Shown here in pieces: positions 55,630 through 64,000 of a stretch of 64,000 nt of DNA. Each line of letters starts with the position of its first letter. The first letter of the stretch is position 1. The translations under genes and the position numbers were made by a program. Below the pieces are notes generated by a model. That model saw only the letters and a list, made by a program, of their open reading frames with translations. It was not told the origin of the DNA and made no database searches. The stretch comes from the human T2T-CHM13v2.0 reference genome, Homo sapiens, in NCBI RefSeq assembly GCF_009914755.1, contig NC_060938.1, one strand, 5' to 3'.

Positions 55630-56520
55630 TTTTGCTTTTTATAATGGAAAATTTTCAAACACACAAAAATAGGACAATGAAGCCTTGTGTACCCATACCC
55701 AGCTTTAATAGCTACCAACTTTCTCCCATTTTTGTTTCATGGTTTCTCTCAATTTTCTTTTTAAAATTTTCTTATATTTTTAAATTTAGAGATGGAGTCT
55801 CACTATGTTGCCCAGGCTGGTCTTGAACTTCTGGCCTTAAGCGATCCTCTTTGGCCTCTTAAAGTGCTGGGATTATACGTGCAAGCCACCATGTCTGGCC
55901 AAATTTCTTTTTTAATTTCTGGAGTATCTTGAAGCAAATCCAGTACTCATGGACATTTCAATATAATTTCTTTTTTTAAAAAAATATAGCCATAAAAACA
56001 TACCAGATAATTTCTTTTAAAATATACAACCACTGTTTCATTTTCACACCCAAGAAAATAAACAAAAATTCCTTAATAGCATTTAAAATACTGCATATGT
56101 TGAATTTTTCCTGTCTCAAACATGTCTTTTTACAGTTGATTTGTTTAAATCAGAATCCAAACACAGTGCACATACGGCATGTGGATGGTTCATCTCTTGA
56201 TTCTCTCTTAATCTACATTCTCCACATTTCCCCCCATAGTTCCCCCCGCTTAAATTTTGTTATTGTTTTAGGAAACTAGGTTGTCCTGTTGTCTCCCAAA
56301 GTTTGGATTTGGCTAATTGTCCCCTCATGGTACTACAAGCTCCTCTAACTCCCTTACTTTCTACGCACTAGTAGTTAGAGCTAGAGGCTTGATCAGATGA
56401 GATTCTCTCTTTTGGCAGGAAAACTTCATCAGTGGTGCGATGTGTTTCCTGCAGAATCACATTTGTTCCATGATTAGTGATGTTACCTTTAGTCACTGAA
56501 TTCAGATGATGTCAGATTGA
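55630..56520 (-). mobile_element. Old L1M 3' UTR fragment containing an Alu monomer (55765-55900)
   Basis: aaaattttcaaacacacaaaaatag; gtttaaatcagaatccaaacacagt; ctagaggcttgatcagat. Confidence 0.65.
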
Positions 56521-56529
56521 TCCATTCAT

Positions 56530-58285
56530 GATTGAGTTTGTATTAAGCTTTTAAAGCAGGAGTGGCAAAAATAGATTGCTGTGACAAAGATCCCCCCTGG
56601 TGACTGTATATGGAGAATGAGCTAATGAAGTGACCTTGGAGACAGTGAGACCAGTTGGAAGCAATTGCAGTGGTCTAGGTGAAAGATGAAGACTTTGACT
56701 AAGACAGTATGAATTGTAGGAATGACACAGGAGGGTCCACATTTGAGAGCTATGAAGAAGGTAGTGGGTGTCTACCAGATGGAGAGGTCAAGGAGTAGAA
56801 CACAGTTAATTGGTTAGACTGTCATCATCTTTTCTTTACATGCATCGTAACTTAGGTGATCTCTTCCATTCACATGGTTTTAAATAGCCTCATTTGTTGA
56901 TAGCTGTTAAAGTTATATCTCTAAACTTAAACTTTTCCCTGAACTTTACACTCTCATATTCAATTACCTGCCAAGCAGCTCCACTGGGATCTCAAACTTC
57001 CATGTTCCAAAACCGTATTCTTGTTTTATGTGCCAAACCTGTCCTCTCTCTGTTTTTCCCGTCCTAGTAATGGCGCTCCTCATTGTTCAGGCAAGAAACC
57101 TAGGAATCTCCTTGTTTCTTACCTGTCTGTCATACTCCATCAAAGTTCTATTAGCTTGACCTTTAAAAGTTATCTGAATCTGAACATGTCTCAGAAACTC
57201 TATCACCTACCAGCCTAGGACAGAATCTAGTCATTCTTCAAATCATCCTAAGATCTTGCTGTTTCCATTCTTACAGCAAGTAGTCCAGATAAGACATGCA
57301 GACCATCAGAGTTAAGTCTCAGAGGATGGTGCCGGTCATTATCCTCTTTGATTCTTGGCAAAGACAGATAGTGGTCATCTGTCTTTGCATCTTCTATACT
57401 TTCCTGTTAGTCCCAAGGCATTAAATACAATCTCTACACAGTTGTGATGTGGCAACTACAAAAGTGGCTCCATTTCTTCACCTCTTTGCCAAGTAGCTTT
57501 GCAATGCTTCCCCACTCTGGTCTCTGGGCGAGGCCCTGTGACTAGATTTAACCAGTGGAATATCAGCAAATTTGATGCAAGTAGAGGCTTGAAAAACGCT
57601 TGGACAATTAGGCTTGGTCTTTATCTCTTGCAGTTCTGTCAATTCCATAAGACATCGTTGGACTAGTCTATGGAGGATGGGAGATATGTGAAGCAGAGAG
57701 GTGAGGCTGGCTTGGATAAACAGCCAGCTAGCTGACTCCCTGATGTGTGAGTTTAGCCAAGATTGTCAAAGCTATCTAGTCAGCCTTTCTCCATGCATGA
57801 GCAATTAGGGTTTTATAGTTGTTATGCAGTATTGTGGCAATAGATAACAAGGGAATTCCAAATCTACCACATGGTTCTTTCCTCTTAACTCCAGGCTTGT
57901 ATATCTATCCAGATACTTGTCAGACAACTCTATTTGGATATATGATAGCTTCCACAAAACATGATAAAATCTTCTATAAATCAGCTCTTTCCCTAATTGT
58001 TGCCATCTCATGATGGTACCACCAGTCCTCTAGCAGCTCGGGCCAAAACAGTAGGAGTCATTCTTTATTCTTTTTTTTCTTTGTATCTCTCATCCAACTA
58101 ATCAGGTTGTATCTATTTTATCTTCAAAACGTATCCCAAAATCTATCTACTTTTCTCCATCCCTACTATAGACCACTTTAGTCCATAATCCTATAAACTT
58201 TCCTCTGTCATTATAGATACTTCCTCTCTGTTTTCATTCTTGATCCAGTATAGTCAATTTTCAAAATGGCAGTCAGAATAATTTA
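56530..58285. mobile_element. L2 fragments in both orientations, with an old MLT1 at ~57443-57850
   Basis: gagaccagttggaagcaattgcagtggtctagg (-); ctcaaacttcatgttccaaaacc and tctatctacttttctccatccctact (+). Confidence 0.6.
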
Positions 58286-58299
58286 AAAAACATTCCTTA

Positions 58300-59670
<1,371 letters not shown>

Positions 59671-60134
59671 CATAAAAAGTATTTCTCAAGGCATTTAAAA
59701 TACATTGTAATATTTTCTTTTGAACTCGTCAACAATCTTGCAAAAAAGAAATGAATTCAAAGATTATGAAATAAATTATTGGCCTTTTATGGGCTTGCAA
59801 GGAACCATAACTGTTTTCAGACTATTATTCTAGATCCAGACCCTATTCTTTATTCAGAATATACTATAGCTAGTTAGCGCCTACTTATATTTAAATTATT
59901 TTCCCTGTCATATGAAGACTGACAATAGAAGTGTGCCTCATGGCTAATTAGTATTCCATTCTGAATATTTTGAGCTAAAACTTAGATTTTAAATTCCAAA
60001 TTAAGTAATATTTGATATGTACAGTGGAATATATGTAAGTTATACATATATTAATATCTATAATATATGAATATATGCAAGTCATGAAAATATGTGTTAT
60101 ATAAGAATATACATTAGTCACAAGATATAATTAT

Positions 60135-60690
60135 CTTCTAAAATGTAAGTCAGATCATTTCACTCCCTGATCAAAGCCTTCAAAGACTTCCAGTCTTAGT
60201 CCTTTCCCAGGTCTTTGGGCCCCGCAGGACCCTACTTGGCCTATCTTTCCAACCTCATCTCCTACTGTCTGTCTCCTGGTGCATTCTGCTCTGGCTATCT
60301 TGGCCTTCTTGTTTGTACTCAAACTTCCAAGTTGGTCCTGTCTCAGGGCCTTCATACTTGCCATCCCCTGGAATATTTTCCTTCTGAATATCTGAATATC
60401 TCATATCCTCCTCCAACTTGGTCTCTGCTCAAACGTCACTCCTCAGAGGGTCCTATCTTGACTGCTCTATCTAAAACAGACCCCTCCCTCCACTTCACAC
60501 TCATCTCCCTCTACCTCCTTATTCTGCGTAACTTTCTTTTTGTACTTAAACTACACAAAGTTATATTACATACTTATCTCTCGTCTCCTTCTCATCCTTC
60601 ATCTAACTTGTTTACCACAGTATCCCCAGCTCCAAGAAGAATGTCTGACACACTGATGACCTTCAATCAATGTTTTTGTTCAATGAATGA
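60135..60690 (+). mobile_element. L2 3' region
   Basis: aaatgtaagtcagatcat; ctcagggccttcatacttgc; ends tcaatgaatgaa. Confidence 0.78.
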
Positions 60691-60895
60691 ACTTAACAAG
60701 TGTTTATTGAATCCCTACTATGTGTCAGACACTGTGGAATTTGCTTTGGTGCCTGTGTGAAAGGTCATGCTATTGACTGAGACACTTTGGTTGTTTAGAG
60801 GGTTTGAGTTTGAGATACCTTGGGACTAGCAGGTGGAGATGGAGAAGGCAGTTGTTTTCCTGGCATGGAATTCAGGGGCTCTGAGAGATTGGTGA

Positions 60896-61252
60896 AGTAT
60901 TAGTCCATTTTCACGCTGCTGATAAAGACACACCCGAAAATGGGAAATTTACAAAAGAAAGAGATTTAATTGGACTTATAGTTCCATGTGGCTGGAAACC
61001 TCACAATCATGGCAGAAGGCAAGGAGGAGCAAGTCATGTCTTACCTGGATGGCAGCAGGCAAAGAAAGGGAGAGCTTGTGCAGGGAAACTCCTTTTTTCC
61101 AAACTATCAGATCTCGTGAGACTTATTCACTATCATGAGAACAGCATGGAAAAGACTTGCCCCCATGATTCAATTACCTCCCACGGGGTTCCTCCCACAA
61201 CACATGAGAATTCAAGATGAGATTTTGGTGGGGACACAGTCAAACCATATCA
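60896..61252 (-). mobile_element. THE1A solo LTR
   Basis: gtattagtccattttcacgctgctgataaagac...gggacacagtcaaaccatatca. Confidence 0.92.
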
Positions 61253-61789
61253 GATGGGAATGCATAATAGAACATAATAGAATTCTACACTGGGACTGAC
61301 AACTGGTCTATCCATCCTGGGAGTCCATCTCGGATGGGCATTCAGGGGCATTGTAAGAAGAATGGTTATAGTGGTCCATAATAGGAACAGTAAGGTCCAT
61401 CCTAAATGGAGCCTGTAGGTGATGTGGCTTTGGCAACTATGAGAACATCTCTGCTCCCAGAAACCACAGGCTTCTTCAGCTCCTTGGTGTTGGGAATTCC
61501 CTTAGAAGGGAAAGTGATTCACTTGGCCTCTAGAGAGAAATTAGGAAGACAGGCAGTCCCATGAGAAGGCCCCTTCACTTCAGGTTACAGAGACATCTAG
61601 ACAACTCATACTGGAACTTTCCAGGACCCAGAATTGGGGGCTTTTGTCGGAGAGAGAATCTGAGGTCTAGGGCAAAGAGCAAGGGAAGTGGGAAGAAGGG
61701 CCCAGAAATTTCACATATAAATTTCCTAGATAAAAACTCCCCTTACATTTTTATGGTATTTTATTAAATATTGTATAAAAAGTCAGGTG

Positions 61790-62150
61790 CTCTTAAATTT
61801 AAATTCTACCTACTAATGACTTGTGGGATCTTTGGAAAATTTACTTCTGCAAATGTTCTCATTTGTGGGGTGCAGGTAATAATATAGTCCTTATGGGATT
61901 AAAGGAGATGGTGCACATAAAATGCTTAGCCCACTGCCAGCATGGACACATTCGGCCATTAGGCTCCTTCCCCATTTCCTTGACCTGATCTCATTTGAGC
62001 CTTATACAACTCTGGAAGATAGGTTTGGCAGCTATTGTTATCATTCCCATTTTACAGATTAAAAAACTGAGACCAGAGAGATTTATTCTCACTTTCTGAA
62101 AGTCAGAGCTTTAAAATAGGAGAGTTAGGATTTGAATTCAGGTCTTTGGT
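61790..62150. mobile_element. Two MIR fragments in opposite orientation
   Basis: taaaatgcttagc (+); cccattttacagattaaaaaactgaga (-). Confidence 0.65.
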
Positions 62151-62309
62151 CCCATGTGGTCTTCTCACACCATGTTGTCCCCAGCTCCTTTCTGATGGTG
62201 TCAGAGGGTGTCATTTCTGGGGAAACGGAGTCTAAACACTTACTGCTTGGCCTGTACCTCGAAGCCGGGAAGATACTGCTACCTTTGCTTTGGTCATAAT
62301 ATACTTTCA

Positions 62310-62665
<356 letters not shown>

Positions 62666-63214
62666 TTACATGTTATCAAGGGTATTCATCAAATTATATA
62701 AGCCCTAGTTACATCTTGCCTTTCAGATACCACATCTATTGCTCTATTTCTAGCACCCTAGAATGTCTTTAATTTCTCTTTTTGCCTTTACAGTTGAACA
62801 CAGACTGGCTGGCTGGCTGGAGGAGCTGGGTGGCCAGTCAAGACTAATGATTCAACACTTTGGACAAGCCTGATGATATTCACCTTTGATTCCGTTGTCC
62901 TAAATTTGTAAGACTTTTTACCTTCTCACTTTCCTCTTTCTTTTCCCAGTTATTAAAAAAAATACAGCAAATTCAATACAATGTTAAGACAGTTGCCCAA
63001 CTAAACATGGCTGTGCCGACAAGGATAGTGATCTTGTTGAATTTAATTGTCGAGTGGAGGCAGGGTCATCTTGTCATGGCTCAACTGAGTCTGCTAATTT
63101 CCAAGGCCTAAAAGGGGCCATGGGTGACAGTAGCATAGGGCAGTGAAGGTTGTGCAAAATTGCCCTGTAGTAGGTGTGACTTGGGTCATGAACTGTTGGT
63201 CCTAAACTCGTGTC

Positions 63215-63233
63215 TTGCCAGGAGGTGGCGCCC
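63215..63233 (+). promoter_or_regulatory. Candidate CTCF site
   Basis: ttgccaggaggtggcgccc matches the CTCF core CCAsnAGrkGGCrs in non-repeat DNA. Confidence 0.6.
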
Positions 63234-63841
63234 TTTCTCTGCCCAGTTTGTTGTGGCTCTTCATTACTGTGGGGAGGGAAAATGATGCGCTTCCTGTAGC
63301 TTGGGCAGCCATTTCAGAGGCTCTCAGATGCAGTGAACTGTGTTTCTTTCTTCTGAACAGTTACACAATTCCCGTAATGAGGGAAATTGCATGGGAATTC
63401 ACTTCTTCAGCTGTCAGAGCCACTTCTCTGCCCAGGGTTAGGCTTGCTTCTCTCTTCCCTTTAGAGGTGCCGCTACCACCTCTATTTCTTTGAGTTTCTC
63501 TCCCCTTAGGATAAGCCGTGGGTTCCAGGAGAATAATCGTAACAGGATTATAATGAGGGTAGAATGGAAATGAAAAAAGAGGACAGGATGGCTGAGGGGG
63601 CTGCTTTTGGCAGTGCTTGCTTCTCTCTCTCCCTATTAGGAGCAGCTCTTCTGCCCTTATTCCTGGAGTAACAAAGTTGTCCTGTATTTCCACACACACA
63701 GCTCAATCCCCGCCAATGGCAATGGGAGTTGGAATCGCCTTGGGCTGCTAATTACCCTAAGCCCCTTTTGTTTTAGATGGATTGTGGGGAATCCAAGGTC
63801 TGAACTAAGAAGAAAGAGAAAGGGAAAAGAGAAAGAAAAAC

Positions 63842-64000
63842 GGCTGGGTGCAGTGGCTCATGCTTGTATTCCTAACACTTTGGGAGGCCAGGGCAGGTAG
63901 ATCACTTGAGCTCACGAGTTCGAGACCAGCCTGGGCAACATGGCGAGATTCTCATCTCTACAAAAAATATAAAAATTAGCTGGACATGGTGGTACAAACC
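63842..64000 (+). mobile_element. AluJ, truncated by the window edge
   Basis: cacttgagctc; cctgggcaacatggcgaga. Confidence 0.9.

Overview
This is hominid genomic DNA, most likely human (Alu, THE1, LTR12 and SVA are present). It is non-coding and dominated by interspersed repeats. I find no credible protein-coding exon, RNA gene or new enzymatic system; the ORF track is explained by Alu, SVA, LTR and L1 sequence, CpG islands and microsatellites. I cannot name the locus. Repeat subfamily calls come from recognising consensus sequence by eye, and boundaries of old repeats are approximate. Candidate regulatory features are two CpG-island-like segments (~7.1-7.55 kb and ~21.9-22.6 kb), a solo LTR12C and a strong CTCF motif. 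The most interesting structure is mechanistic. (1) An inverted copy of an Alu-spacer-Alu cassette (32799-33568 vs 36353-37114) looks like either an Alu read-through retrotransposition or a local template switch. (2) An SVA carries a ~150-bp 3' transduction, shown by a displaced 16-bp TSD. (3) A ~545-bp local duplication sits inside a (TA)/(TG) microsatellite. (4) A ~60-bp templated insertion lies inside an old L1. (5) A nested L1>THE1A>(MER11A, AluY) stack has readable TSDs.
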